This document shows positions 1 through 14,300 of a stretch of 64,000 nucleotides of DNA, in pieces (within the stretch, counting starts at the first letter, position 1; every line of letters starts with the position of its first letter). The notes under the pieces were generated by a model. The model searched no databases, was not told where the DNA came from, and worked only from the letters and a program-made list of their open reading frames with translations. Origin of the DNA: the human T2T-CHM13v2.0 reference genome, Homo sapiens; assembly GCF_009914755.1 (NCBI RefSeq), contig NC_060933.1; one strand, 5' to 3'. A program made the translations under genes and the position numbers.

Positions 1-186
1 GGAATGGAATGGAATGGAATGGAATGGAATGGAATGGAATGGAATCAACCCGAGTGCAATGGAATGCAGTAGAATGGAATGGAATGGAATGGAACAACCC
101 GAATGGAATGGAATGTAATGGAGAGTAAGGGAGTTGAATAGAATCAATCCGAATGTAATGGAATGGAATGGAACGGAATGGAATTG

Positions 187-3100
187 AATGGAATGGAATG
201 GAATGCAATGGAATGGAATCAAACCGAGTTCAATGGAATGGAGACGAATGGAATGGAATGGAATGGAAACTGCCCGAATGGAATGGAATGTAACGGAGTG
301 TAAGGGAATTGAATAGAATCAATCCGAATGGAATGGAATGGAATGGAACAGAATGGAATGGAATGGAATGGAATGGAATGGAGTGGAATGGAATGGAATG
401 CAATGGAATGGAATCAACCCGAGTGCAATCGAATGGAATCGAATGGAATGGAATGCAATGGAATGGATTCAACTTGAATGGAATGGAAAGAATGGAATCA
501 ACACGAGTGGAAGGGCATGGATTGGAATGCAATGGAATGGAATCAACCCGAGTACAGGGGAATGGAATGGAATGGAATGCAATGGAATGGAATCATCCGT
601 AATGGAATGGAAAGGAATGGAATGGAATGGAATGGAATGGAATGGAATGGAATCAACTCGATTGCAATTGAATGGAATGGAATGGAATTAACCCGAATAG
701 AATGGAATGGAATGGAATGGAACGGAACGGAACGGAATGGAATGGAATGGAATGGAATGGAATGGAACGGAAAGGAAGGGAATGGAATGGAATAGAATGG
801 AATGGAATGGAATCAACGCGAGTGCAGGGGAATGGAATGGAATGGAATGCAATGGAATGGAATCATCCGGAATGGAATGGAATGGAATGGAATCAACCCG
901 AGTGCAATGGAATGGAGTGGAATGGAATGGAATGGAATGGAACAACCCGAATGGAATGGAATGGAATGGAGAGTAAGGGAGTTGAATAGAATCAATCCGA
1001 ATGTAATGGAATGGAATGGAACGGAATGGAATTGAATGGAATGGAATGGAATGCAATGGAATGGAATCAACCCGAGTGCAATGGAATGGAGAGGAATGGA
1101 ATGGAATGGAATGGAAACTACCCGAATGGAATGGAATGTAATGGAGTGTAAGGGAATTGAATAGAATCAATCCGAATGTAATGGAATGGAACGGAACGGA
1201 ATGGAATGGAATGGAATGGAATGGAATGCAATGGAATGGAATCAACCCGAGTGCAATCGAATGGAATCGAATGGAATGGAATGCAATGGAAAGGATTCAA
1301 CTTGAATGGAATGGAAAGAATGGAATCAACACGAGTGGAATGGCATGGATTGGAATGGAATGGAATGGAATCAACCCGAGTACAGGGGAATGGAATGGAA
1401 TGGAATGCAATGGAATGGAATCATCCGTAATGGAATGGAAAGGAATGGAATGGAATGGAATGGAATGGAATGAAATGGAATGGAATGGAATCAACTCGAT
1501 TGCAATCGAATGGAATGGAATGGAATTAACCCGAATAGAATGGAATGGAATGGAATGGAACGGAACGGAATGGAATGGAATGGAATGGAATGGAATGGAA
1601 CGGAACGGAACGGAACGGAATGGAATGGAATGGAATGGAATGGAATGGAATGGAATCAACGCGAGTGCAGAGGAATGGAATGGAATGGAATGCAATGGAA
1701 TGGAATCTTCCGGAATAGAATGGAATGGAATGGAATGGAATGGAATGGAATGGAATGAAATGCAATGGATTCAACTCGATTGCAATGGAATGGAATAGAA
1801 TGGAATGGAATGGAATGGAATGGAATTAATCCGAATAGAATGGAATGGAATGGAATGGAATGGAATGGAATGGTACGGAATAGAATGGAATGGAACGAAT
1901 TGTAATGGAATGGAATTGAATGGAATGGAATGGAATGGAATGGAATCAACGCGAGTGCAGGGGAATGTAATGGAACGGAATGCAATGGAATGGAATCATC
2001 CGGAATGGAATGGAATGGAATGGAATGGAATGGAATGGTACGGAATAGAATGGAATGGAACGAAATGGAATGGAATGGAATGGAATGGAATGGAATGGAA
2101 TGGAATCGTTCCGAGTGGAATAGGAGGGAATGTATTCGAGTGGAATGGAAAGGAATGGAATCAACCAGAGTGGAATGGAAGGGAATGGAATGGAATGGAA
2201 ACTAATAGAATGGAATCAACCCGAGTGGAATGGAATGGAAAGGACTGGAATGGAATGGAATGGAATGGAATCAACTCGATTGTAATGGAATGGAATGGAA
2301 TGGAATGGAATGGAATGGAATGGAATGGAATTAACCCGAATACAATGCAATGGAATGGAATGGAACGGAATGGAGGTGAATGGAATGGAGTCAACCCGAG
2401 TGCAGGGGAATGGAATGGAATGGAATGCAATGGAATGGAATCATCCGGAATGGAATGGAATGGAATGGAATGCAAAGCAATGGAATCAACTCGACTGCAA
2501 TGGAATGGAATGGAATGGAAAGGAATACATTGGAATCAACCCGAGTGGAACGGAATGGAAAGGACTGGAATGGAGTGGAATGGAATGGCATGGAATGGAA
2601 TGGAATCAACTCGATTGGAATGGAATGTAATGGAATGGAATGGAATTAACCAGAATAGAATGGAATGGAATGGAATGGAACGGAACGGAATGGAATGGAA
2701 TGGAATGGAATGGAATGGAATGGAATGGAAACAACCCGACTGCAGGGGAATGGAATGGAATGGAATGCAATGGAATGGATTCAACTTGAATGGAATGGAA
2801 AGAATGGAATCAACACGAGTGGAATGGCATGGATTGGAATGGAATGGAATGGAATCAACCCGAGTACAGGGGAATGGAATGGAATGGAATGCAATGGAAT
2901 GGAATCATCCGTAATGGAATGGAAAGGAATGGAATGGAATGGAATGGAATGGAATGAACTCGATTGCAATCGAACGGAATGGAATGGAATTAACCCGAAT
3001 AGAATGGAATGGAATGGAATGGAACGGAACAGAACGGAATGGAATGGATTGGAATGGAATGGAATGGAGTGGAACGGAAAGGAATGTAATGGAATGGAAT

Positions 3101-6100
3101 GGAATGGAATGGAATGGAATGGAATCAACGCGAGTGCAGGGGAATGGAATGGAATGGAATGCAATGGAATGGAATCTTCCGGAATGGAATGGAATGGAAT
3201 GGAAAGGAATGGAATGGAATGGAATCAACCCGAGTGTAATGGAATGGAATGGAGTGGAATGGAATGGAATGGAATGGAACAACCCGAATGGAATGGAATG
3301 TAATGGAGAGTAAGGGAGTTGAATAGAATCAATCCGAATGTAATGGAATGGAATGGAACGGAATGGAATTGAATGGAATGGAATGGAATGGAATGGAATG
3401 GAATCAACTCGATTGCAATTGAATGGAATGGAATGGAATTAACCCGAATAGAATGGAATGGAATGGAATGGAACGGAACGGAATGGAATGGAATGGAATG
3501 GAATGGAATGGAATGGAATGGAATGGAATGGAACGGAAAGGAAGGGAATGGAATGGAATAGAATGGAATGGAATGGAATCAACGCGAGTGCAGGGGAATG
3601 GAATGGAATGGAATGCAATGGAATGGAATCTTCCGGAATGGAATGGAATGGAATGGAATCAACCCGAGTGCAATGGAATGGAGTGGAATGGAATGGAATG
3701 GAATGGAACAACCCGAATGGAATGGAATGGAATGGAGAGTAAGGGAGTTGAATAGAATCAATCCGAATGTAATGGAATGGAATGGAACGGAATGGAATTG
3801 AATGGAATGGAATGGAATGCAATGGAATGGAATCAACCCGAGTGCAATGGAATGGAGAGGAATGGAATGGAATGGAATGGAAACTACCCGAATGGAATGG
3901 AATGTAATGGAGTGAAAGGGAATTGAATAGAATCAATCCGAATGTAATGGAATGGAACGGAACGGAATGGAATGGAATGGAATGGAATGGAATGCAATGG
4001 AATGGAATCAACCCGAGTGCAATCGAATGGAATCGAATGGAATGGAATGCAATGGAAAGGATTCAACTTGAATGGAATGGAAAGAATGGAATCAACACGA
4101 GTGGAATGGCATGGATTGGAATGGAATGGAATGGAATCAACCCGAGTACAGGGGAATGGAATGGAATGGAATGCAATGGAATGGAATCATCCGTAATGGA
4201 ATGGAAAGGAATGGAATGGAATGGAATGGAATGGAATGAAATGGAATGGAATGGAATCAACTCGATTGCAATCGAATGGAATGGAATGGAATTAACCCGA
4301 ATAGAATGGAATGGAATGGAATGGAACGGAACGGAATGGAATGGAATGGAATGGAATGGAATGGAACGGAACGGAACGGAACGGAATGGAATGGAATGGA
4401 ATGGAATGGAATGGAATGGAATGGAATGGAATCAACGCGAGTGCAGAGGAATGGAATGGAATGGAATGCAATGGAATGGAATCTTCCGGAATAGAATGGA
4501 ATGGAATGGAATGGAATGGAATGGAATGAAATGCAATGGATTCAACTCGATTGCAATGGAATGGAATAGAATGGAATGGAATGGAATGGAATGGAATTAA
4601 TCCGAATAGAATGGAATGGAATGGAATGGAATGGAATGGAATGGAATGGTACGGAATAGAATGGAATGGAACGAATTGTAATGGAATGGAATTGAATGGA
4701 ATGGAATGGAATGGAATGGAATCAACGCGAGTGCAGGGGAATGTAATGGAACGGAATGCAATGGAATGGAATCATCCGGAATGGAATGGAATGGAATGGA
4801 ATGGAATGGAATGCAATGGAATAGAATCAACCCGAGTACAATGGAATGGAATGGAATGGAATGGAATGGAATGGAATGGAATGGAATGGTACGGAATAGA
4901 ATGGAATGGAACGAAATGGATTGGAATGGAATGGAATGGAATGGAATGGAATGGAATCGTTCCGAGTGGAATAGGAGGGAATGTATTCGAGTGGAATGGA
5001 AAGGAATGGAATCAACCAGAGTGGAATGGAAGGGAATGGAATGGAATGGAAACTAATAGAATGGAATCAACCCGAGTGGAATGGAATGGAAAGGACTGGA
5101 ATGGAATGGAATGGAATGGAATCAACTCGATTGTAATGGAATGGAATGGAATGGAATGGAATGGAATGGAATGGAATGGAATGGAATGGAATGGAATTAA
5201 CCCGAATACAATGCAATGGAATGGAATGGAACGGAATGGAGGTGAATGGAATGGAGTCAACCCGAGTGCAGGGGAATGGAATGGAATGGAATGCAATGGA
5301 ATGGAATCATCCGGAATGGAATGGAATGGAGTGGAATGCAAAGCAATGGAATCAACTCGATTGCAATGGAATGGAATGGAATGGAAAGGAATACATTGGA
5401 ATCAACCCGAGTGGAACGGAATGGAAAGGACTAGAATGGAGTGGAATGGAATGGAATGGAATGGAGTGGAATCAACTCGATTGGAATGGAATGGAATGGA
5501 ATGGAATTAACACGAATAGAATGGAATCGAATAGAATGGAATGGAACGGAACGGAGTGGAATGGAATGGAATGGAATGGAATGGAATGGAATGGAAAGGA
5601 ATCAACCCGACTGCAGGGGAATAGAATGGAATGGAATGCAATGGAATGGATTCAACTTGAATGGAATGGAAAGAATGGAATCAACACGAGTGGAATGGCA
5701 TGGATTGGAATGGAATGGAATGGAATCAACCCGAGTACAGGGGAATGGATTGGAATGGAATGCAATGGAATGGAATCATCCGTAATGGAATGGAAAGGAA
5801 TGGAATGGAATGGAATGGAATCAACTCGATTGCAATCGAATGGAATGGAATGGATTTAACACGAATAGAATGGAATGGAATAGAATCGAGCGGAACGGAA
5901 CGGAACGGAACGGAATGGAATGGAATGGAATGGAATGGAATGGAACGGAAAGGAATGGAATGGAATGGAATGGAATGGAATGGAATGGAATCAACGCAAG
6001 TGCAGGGGAATGGAATGGAATGGAATGCAATGGAATGGAATCAAACCGAGTTCAATGGAATGGAGACGAATGGAATGGAATGGAATGGAAACTGCCCGAA

Positions 6101-9100
6101 TGGAATGGAATGTAACGGAGTGTAAGGGAATTGAATAGAATCAATCCGAATGGAATGGAATGGAATGGAACAGAATGGAATGGAATGGAATGGAATGGAA
6201 TGGAGTGGAATGGAATGGAATGCAATGGAATGACATCAACCCGAGTGCAATCGAATGGAATCGAATGGAATGGAATGCAATGGAATGGATTCAACTTGAA
6301 TGGAATGGAAAGAATGGAATCAACACGAGTGGAAGGGCATGGATTGGAATGCAATGGAATGGAATCAACCCGAGTACAGGGGAATGGAATGGAATGGAAT
6401 GCAATGGAATGGAATCATCCGTAATGGAATGGAAAGGAATGGAATGGAATGGAATGGAATGGAATGGAATGGAATCAACTCGATTGCAATTGAATGGAAT
6501 GGAATGGAATTAACCCGAATAGAATAGAATGGAATGGAATGGAACGGAACGGAACGGAATGGAATGGAATGGAATGGAATGGAATGGAACGGAAAGGAAG
6601 GGAATGGAATGGAATAGAATGGAATGGAATGGAATCAACGCGAGTGCAGGGGAATGGAATGGAATGGAATGCAATGGAATGGAATCTTCCGGAATGGAAT
6701 GGAATGGAATGGAATCAACCCGAGTGCAATGGAATGGAGTGGAATGGAATGGAATGGAATGGAACAACCCGAATGGAATGGAATGGAATGGAGAGTAAGG
6801 GAGTTGAATAGAATCAATCCGAATGTAATGGAATGGAATGGAACGGAATGGAATTGAATGGAATGGAATGGAATGCAATGGAATGGAATCAACCCGAGTG
6901 CAATGGAATGGAGAGGAATGGAATGGAATGGAATGGAAACTACCCGAATGGAATGGAATGTAATGGAGTGTAAGGGAATTGAATAGAATCAATCCGAATG
7001 TAATGGAATGGAACGGAACGGAATGGAATGGAATGGAATGGAATGGAATGGAATGCAATGGAATGGAATCAACCCGAGTGCAATCGAATGGAATCGAATG
7101 GAATGGAATGCAATGGAAAGGATTCAACTTGAATGGAATGGAAAGAATGGAATCAACACGAGTGGAATGGCATGGATTGGAATGGAATGGAATGGAATCA
7201 ACCCGAGTACAGGGGAATGGAATGGAATGGAATGCAATGGAATGGAATCATCCGTAATGGAATGGAAAGGAATGGAATGGAATGGAATGGAATGGAATGA
7301 AATGGAATGGAATGGAATCAACTCGATTGCAATCGAATGGAATGGAATGGAATTAACCCGAATAGAATGGAATGGAATGGAATGGAACGAAACGGAATGG
7401 AATGGAATGGAATGGAATGGAATGGAACGGAACGGAACGGAACGGAATGGAATGGAATGGAATGGAATGGAATGGAATGGAATGGAATCAACGCGAGTGC
7501 AGAGGAATGGAATGGAATGGAATGCAATGGAATGGAATCTTCCGGAATAGAATGGAATGGAATGGAATGGAATGGAATGGAATGGAATGGAATGAAATGC
7601 AATGGATTCAACTCGATTGCAATGGAATGGAATAGAATGGAATGGAATGGAATGGAATGGAATTAATCCGAATAGAATGGAATGGAATGGAATGGAATGG
7701 AATGGAATGGTACGGAATAGAATGGAATGGAACGAATTGTAATGGAATGGAATTGAATGGAATGGAATGGAATGGAATGGAATCAACGCGAGTGCAGGGG
7801 AATGTAATGGAACGGAATGCAATGGAATGGAATCATCCGGAATGGAATGGAATGGAATGGAATGGAATGGAATGGAATGCAATGGAATAGAATCAACCCG
7901 AGTACAATGGAATGGAATGGAATGGAATGGAATGGAATGGAATGGAATGGTACGGAATAGAATGGAATGGAACGAAATGGAATGGAATGGAATGGAATGG
8001 AATGGAATGGAATGGAATCGTTCCGAGTGGAATAGGAGGGAATGTATTCGAGTGGAATGGAAAGGAATGGAATCAACCAGAGTGGAATGGAAGGGAATGG
8101 AATGGAATGGAAACTAATAGAATGGAATCAACCCGAGTGGAATGGAATGGAAAGGACTGGAATGGAATGGAATGGAAAGGAATCAACTCGATTGTAATGG
8201 AATGGAATGGAATGGAATGGAATGGAATGGAATGGAATGGAATTAACCCGAATACAATGCAATGGAATGGAATAGAACGGAATGGAGGTGAATGGAATGG
8301 AGTCAACCCGAGTGCAGGGGAATGGAATGGAATGGAATGCAATGGAATGGAATCATCCGGAATGGAATGGAATGGAATGGAATGCAAAGCAATGGAATCA
8401 ACTCGACTGCAATGGAATGGAATGGAATGGAAAGGAATACATTGGAATCAACCCGAGTGGAACGGAATGGAAAGGACTGGAATGGAGTGGAATGGAATGG
8501 CATGGAATGGAATGGAATCAACTCGATTGGAATGGAATGTAATGGAATGGAATGGAATTAACCAGAATAGAATGGAATGGAATGGAATGGAACGGAACGG
8601 AATGGAATGGAATGGAATGGAATGGAATGGAATGGAATGGAAACAACCCGACTGCAGGGGAATGGAATGGAATGGAATGCAATGGAATGGATTCAACTTG
8701 AATGGAATGGAAAGAATGGAATCAACACGAGTGGAATGGCATGGATTGGAATGGAATGGAATGGAATCAACCCGAGTACAGGGGAATGGAATGGAATGGA
8801 ATGCAATGGAATGGAATCATCCGTAATGGAATGGAAAGGAATGGAATGGAATGGAATGGAATGGAATGAACTCGATTGCAATCGAACGGAATGGAATGGA
8901 ATTAACCCGAATAGAATGGAATGGAATGGAATGGAACGGAACAGAACGGAATGGAATGGATTGGAATGGAATGGAATGGAGTGGAACGGAAAGGAATGTA
9001 ATGGAATGGAATGGAATGGAATGGAATGGAATGGAATCAACGCGAGTGCAGGGGAATGGAATGGAATGGAATGCAATGGAATGGAATCTTCCGGAATGGA

Positions 9101-11325
9101 ATGGAATGGAATGGAAAGGAATGGAATGGAATGGAATCAACCCGAGTGTAATGGAATGGAATGGAGTGGAATGGAATGGAATGGAATGGAACAACCCGAA
9201 TGGAATGGAATGTAATGGAGTGTAAGGGAGTTGAATAGAATCAATCCGAATGTAATGGAATGGAATGGAACGGAATGGAATTGAATGGAATGGAATGGAA
9301 TGGAATGGAATGGAATCAACTCGATTGCAATTGAATGGAATGGAATGGAATTAACCCGAATAGAATGGAATGGAATGGAATGGAACGGAACGGAATGGAA
9401 TGGAATGGAATGGAATGGAATGGAATGGAACGGAAAGGAAGGGAATGGAATGGAATAGAATGGAATGGAATGGAATCAACGCGAGTGCAGGGGAATGGAA
9501 TGGAATGGAATGCAATGGAATGGAATCTTCCGGAATGGAATGGAATGGAATGGAATCAACCCGAGTGCAATGGAATGGAGTGGAATGGAATGGAATGGAA
9601 TGGAACAACCCGAATGGAATGGAATGGAATGGAGAGTAAGGGAGTTGAATAGAATCAATCCGAATGTAATGGAATGGAATGGAACGGAATGGAATTGAAT
9701 GGAATGGAATGGAATGCAATGGAATGGAATCAACCCGAGTGCAATGGAATGGAGAGGAATGGAATGGAATGGAATGGAAACTACCCGAATGGAATGGAAT
9801 GTAATGGAGTGAAAGGGAATTGAATAGAATCAATCCGAATGTAATGGAATGGAACGGAACGGAATGGAATGGAATGGAATGGAATGGAATGCAATGGAAT
9901 GGAATCAACCCGAGTGCAATCGAATGGAATCGAATGGAATGGAATGCAATGGAAAGGATTCAACTTGAATGGAATGGAAAGAATGGAATCAACACGAGTG
10001 GAATGGCATGGATTGGAATGGAATGGAATGGAATCAACCCGAGTACAGGGGAATGGAATGGAATGGAATGCAATGGAATCGAATCATCCGTAATGGAATG
10101 GAAAGGAATGGAATGGAATGGAATGGAATGGAATGAAATGGAATGGAATGGAATCAACTCGATTGCAATCGAATGGAATGGAATGGAATTAACCCGAATA
10201 GAATGGAATGGAATGGAATGGAACGGAACGGAATGGAATGGAATGGAATGGAATGGAATGGAACGGAACGGAACGGAACGGAATGGAATGGAATGGAATG
10301 GAATGGAATGGAATGGAATGGAATCAACGCGAGTGCAGAGGAATGGAATGGAATGGAATGCAATGGAATGGAATCTTCCGGAATAGAATGGAATGGAATG
10401 GAATGGAATGGAATGGAATGGAATGAAATGCAATGGATTCAACTCGATTGCAATGGAATGGAATAGAATGGAATGGAATGGAATGGAATGGAAATAATCC
10501 GAATAGAATGGAATGGAATGGAATGGAATGGAATGGAATGGAATGGTACGGAATAGAATGGAATGGAACGAATTGTAATGGAATGGAATTGAATGGAATG
10601 GAATGGAATGGAATGGAATCAACGCGAGTGCAGGGGAATGTAATGGAACGGAATGCAATGGAATGGAATCATCCGGAATGGAATGGAATGGAATGGAATG
10701 GAATGGAATGCAATGGAATAGAATCAACCCGAGTACAATGGAATGGAATGGAATGGAATGGAATGGAATGGAATGGAATGGAATGGAATGGTACGGAATA
10801 GAATGGAATGGAACGAAATGGAATGGAATGGAATGGAATGGAATGGAATGGAATGGAATGGAATCGTTCCGAGTGGAATAGGAGGGAATGTATTCGAGTG
10901 GAATGGAAAGGAATGGAATCAACCAGAGTGGAATGGAAGGGAATGGAATGGAATGGAAATTAATAGAATGGAATCAACCCGAGTGGAATGGAATGGAAAG
11001 GACTGGAATGGAATGGAATGGAATGGAATCAACTCGATTGTAATGGAATGGAATGGAATGGAATGGAATGGAATGGAATGGAATGGAATGGAATGGAATT
11101 AACCCGAATACAATGCAATGGAATGGAATGGAACGGAATGGAGGTGAATGGAATGGAGTCAACCCGAGTGCAGGGGAATGGAATGGAATGGAATGCAATG
11201 GAATGGAATCATCCGGAATGGAATGGAATGGAATGGAATGCAAAGCAATGGAATCAACTCGATTGCAATGGAATGGAATGGAATGGAAAGGAATACATTG
11301 GAATCAACCCGAGTGGAACGGAATG
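187..11325 (+). repeat. Older ~5.8-5.9 kb duplication of a two-unit block (~187-5420 vs ~6009-11325)
   Basis: ORF offsets are 5822 (230/6052, 813/6635), 5912 (2161/8073, 2665/8577) and 5897 (3579/9476). Shared rare variants: CAAACCGAGTTCAAT at 220/6042 and AGTGAAAGGG near 3911/9808. End points are approximate. Confidence 0.8.
1702..1716. promoter_or_regulatory. Perfect three-unit heat-shock element GGAATCTTCCGGAAT (representative of ~45 copies)
   Basis: Seen: gGAAt-cTTCc-gGAAt matches the canonical HSF1 site nGAAnnTTCnnGAAn. Established: HSF1 binds SatIII and drives its stress-induced transcription. Occupancy of this particular site is not shown by sequence alone. Confidence 0.55.
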
Positions 11326-14300
11326 GAAAGGACTGGAATGGAGTGGAATGGAATGGCATGGAATGGAATGGAATCAACTCGATTGGAATGGAATGTAATG
11401 GAATGGAATGGAATTAACCAGAATAGAATGGAATGGAATGGAATGGAACGGAACGGAATGGAATGGAATGGAATGGAATGGAATGGAATGGAATGGAAAC
11501 AACCCGACTGCAGGGGAATGGAATGGAATGGAATGCAATGGAATGGATTCAACTTGAATGGAATGGAAAGAATGGAATCAACACGAGTGGAATGGCATGG
11601 ATTGGAATGGAATGGAATGGAATCAACCCGAGTACAGGGGAATGGAATGGAATGGAATGCAATGGAATGGAATCATCCGTAATGGAATGGAAAGGAATGG
11701 AATGGAATGGAATGGAATGGAATGAACTCGATTGCAATCGAACGGAATGGAATGGAATTAACCCGAATAGAATGGAATGGAATGGAATGGAACGGAACAG
11801 AACGGAATGGAATGGATTGGATTGGAATGGAATGGAGTGGAACGGAAAGGAATGTAATGGAATGGAATGGAATGGAATGGAATGGAATGGAATCAACGCG
11901 AGTGCAGGGGAATGGAATGGAATGGAATGCAATGGAATGGAATCTTCCGGAATGGAATGGAATGGAATGGAAATGAATGGAATGGAATGGAATCAACCCG
12001 AGTGTAATGGAATGGAATGGAGTGGAATGGAATGGAATGGAATGGAACAACCCGAATGGAATGGAATGTAATGGAGAGTAAGGGAGTTGAATAGAATCAA
12101 TCCGAATGTAATGGAATGGAATGGAACGGAATGGAATTCAATGGAATGGAATGGAATGCAATGGAATGGAATCAACCCGAGTGCAATGGAATGGAGAGGA
12201 ATGGAATGGAATGGAATGGAAACTACCCGAATGGAATGGAATGTAATGGAGTGTAAGGGAATTGAATAGAATCAATCCGAATGTAATGGAATGGAATGGA
12301 AAGGAATGGAATGGAATGGAATGGAACGGAATGGAATGGAATGGAATGGAATGGAATGGAATGGAATGCAATGGAATGGAATCAACCCGAGTGCAATCGA
12401 ATGGAATCGAATGTAATGTAATGCAATCGAATGGATTCAACTTGAATGGAATGGAAAGAATGGAATCAACACGAGTGGAATGGCATGGATTGGAATGGAA
12501 TGGAATGGAATCAACCCGAGTACAGGGGAATGGAATGGAATGGAATGCAATGGAATGGAATCATCCGTAATGGAATGGAAAGGAATGGAATGGAATGGAA
12601 TGGAATGGAATCAACTCGATTACAATCGAATGGAATGGAATGGAATTAACCCGAATAGAATGGAATGGAATGGAATGGAACGGAACGGAATGGAATGGAA
12701 TGGAATGGAATGGAATGGAATGGAATCAACGCGAGTGCAGGGGAATGGAATGGAATGGAACGCAAAGGAATGGAATCTTCCGGAATGCAATGGAATGGAA
12801 TGGAATGGAATGAAATGCAATGGATTCAACTCGATTGCAATGGAATGGAATAGAATGGAATGGAATGGAATGGAATGCAATGGAATAGAATCAACCCGAG
12901 TACAATGGAATGGAATGGAATGGAATGGAATGGAATGGAATGGAATGGAATGGTACGGAATAGAATGGAATGGAACGAAATGGATTGGAATGGAATGGAA
13001 TGGAATGGAATGGAATGGAATCGTTCCGAGTGGAATAGGAGGGAATGTATTCGAGTGGAATGGAAAGGAATGGAATCAACCAGAGTGGAATGGAAGGGAA
13101 TGGAATGGAATGGAAACTAATAGAATGGAATCAACCCGAGTGGAATGGAATGGAAAGGACTGGAATGGAATGGAATGGAATGGAATCAACTCGATTGTAA
13201 TGGAATGGAATGGAATGGAATGGAATGGAATGGAATGGAATGGAATGGAATGGAATGGAATTAACCCGAATACAATGCAATGGAATGGAATGGAACGGAA
13301 TGGAGGTGAATGGAATGGAGTCAACCCGAGTGCAGGGGAATGGAATGGAATGGAATGCAATGGAATGGAATCATCCGGAATGGAATGGAATGGAGTGGAA
13401 TGCAAAGCAATGGAATCAACTCGATTGCAATGGAATGGAATGGAATGGAAAGGAATACATTGGAATCAACCCGAGTGGAACGGAATGGAAAGGACTAGAA
13501 TGGAGTGGAATGGAATGGAATGGAATGGAGTGGAATCAACTCGATTGGAATGGAATGGAATGGAATGGAATTAACACGAATAGAATGGAATCGAATAGAA
13601 TGGAATGGAACGGAACGGAGTGGAATGGAATGGAATGGAATGGAATGGAATGGAATGGAAAGGAATCAACCCGACTGCAGGGGAATAGAATGGAATGGAA
13701 TGCAATGGAATGGATTCAACTTGAATGGAATGGAAAGAATGGAATCAACACGAGTGGAATGGCATGGATTGGAATGGAATGGAATGGAATCAACCCGAGT
13801 ACAGGGGAATGGATTGGAATGGAATGCAATGGAATGGAATCATCCGTAATGGAATGGAAAGGAATGGAATGGAATGGAATGGAATCAACTCGATTGCAAT
13901 CGAATGGAATGGAATGGATTTAACACGAATAGAATGGAATGGAATAGAATCGAGCGGAACGGAACGGAACGGAACGGAATGGAATGGAATGGAATGGAAT
14001 GGAATGGAACGGAAAGGAATGGAATGGAATGGAATGGAATGGAATGGAATGGAATCAACGCAAGTGCAGGGGAATGGAATGGAATGGAATGCAATGGAAT
14101 GGAATCAAACCGAGTTCAATGGAATGGAGACGAATGGAATGGAATGGAATGGAAACTGCCCGAATGGAATGGAATGTAACGGAGTGTAAGGGAATTGAAT
14201 AGAATCAATCCGAATGGAATGGAATGGAATGGAACAGAATGGAATGGAATGGAATGGAATGGAATGGAGTGGAATGGAATGGAATGCAATGGAATGACAT

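Noticed and set aside
132-150. GAATAGAATCAATCC as a DUX4 site
   Set aside because: It has two mismatches to TAAYYBAATCA, and DUX4 binding is established for HSat2 rather than this motif.
2106-2142. TCGTTCCGAGTGGAATAGGAGGGAATGTATTCGAGT as an inserted element or G-quadruplex
   Set aside because: It stays in 5 bp register as mutated pentamers and nodes, has no target-site duplication, and lacks four G3 tracts.
1805-2914. Long + strand ORFs (369 aa here; also 4536-5510 and 12480-13574) of MEWNG repeats
   Set aside because: (GGAAT)3 is 15 bp with no stop in any frame and contains ATG, so MEWNG appears in all three frames. Frames break differently in sister copies through 5 bp indels, which shows no coding constraint.
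9960-10922. Long - strand ORFs of IPFHS repeats (also 18024-18986, 30171-31070, 38768-39634)
   Set aside because: Same artefact on the ATTCC strand. Identical translations simply reflect DNA duplication.
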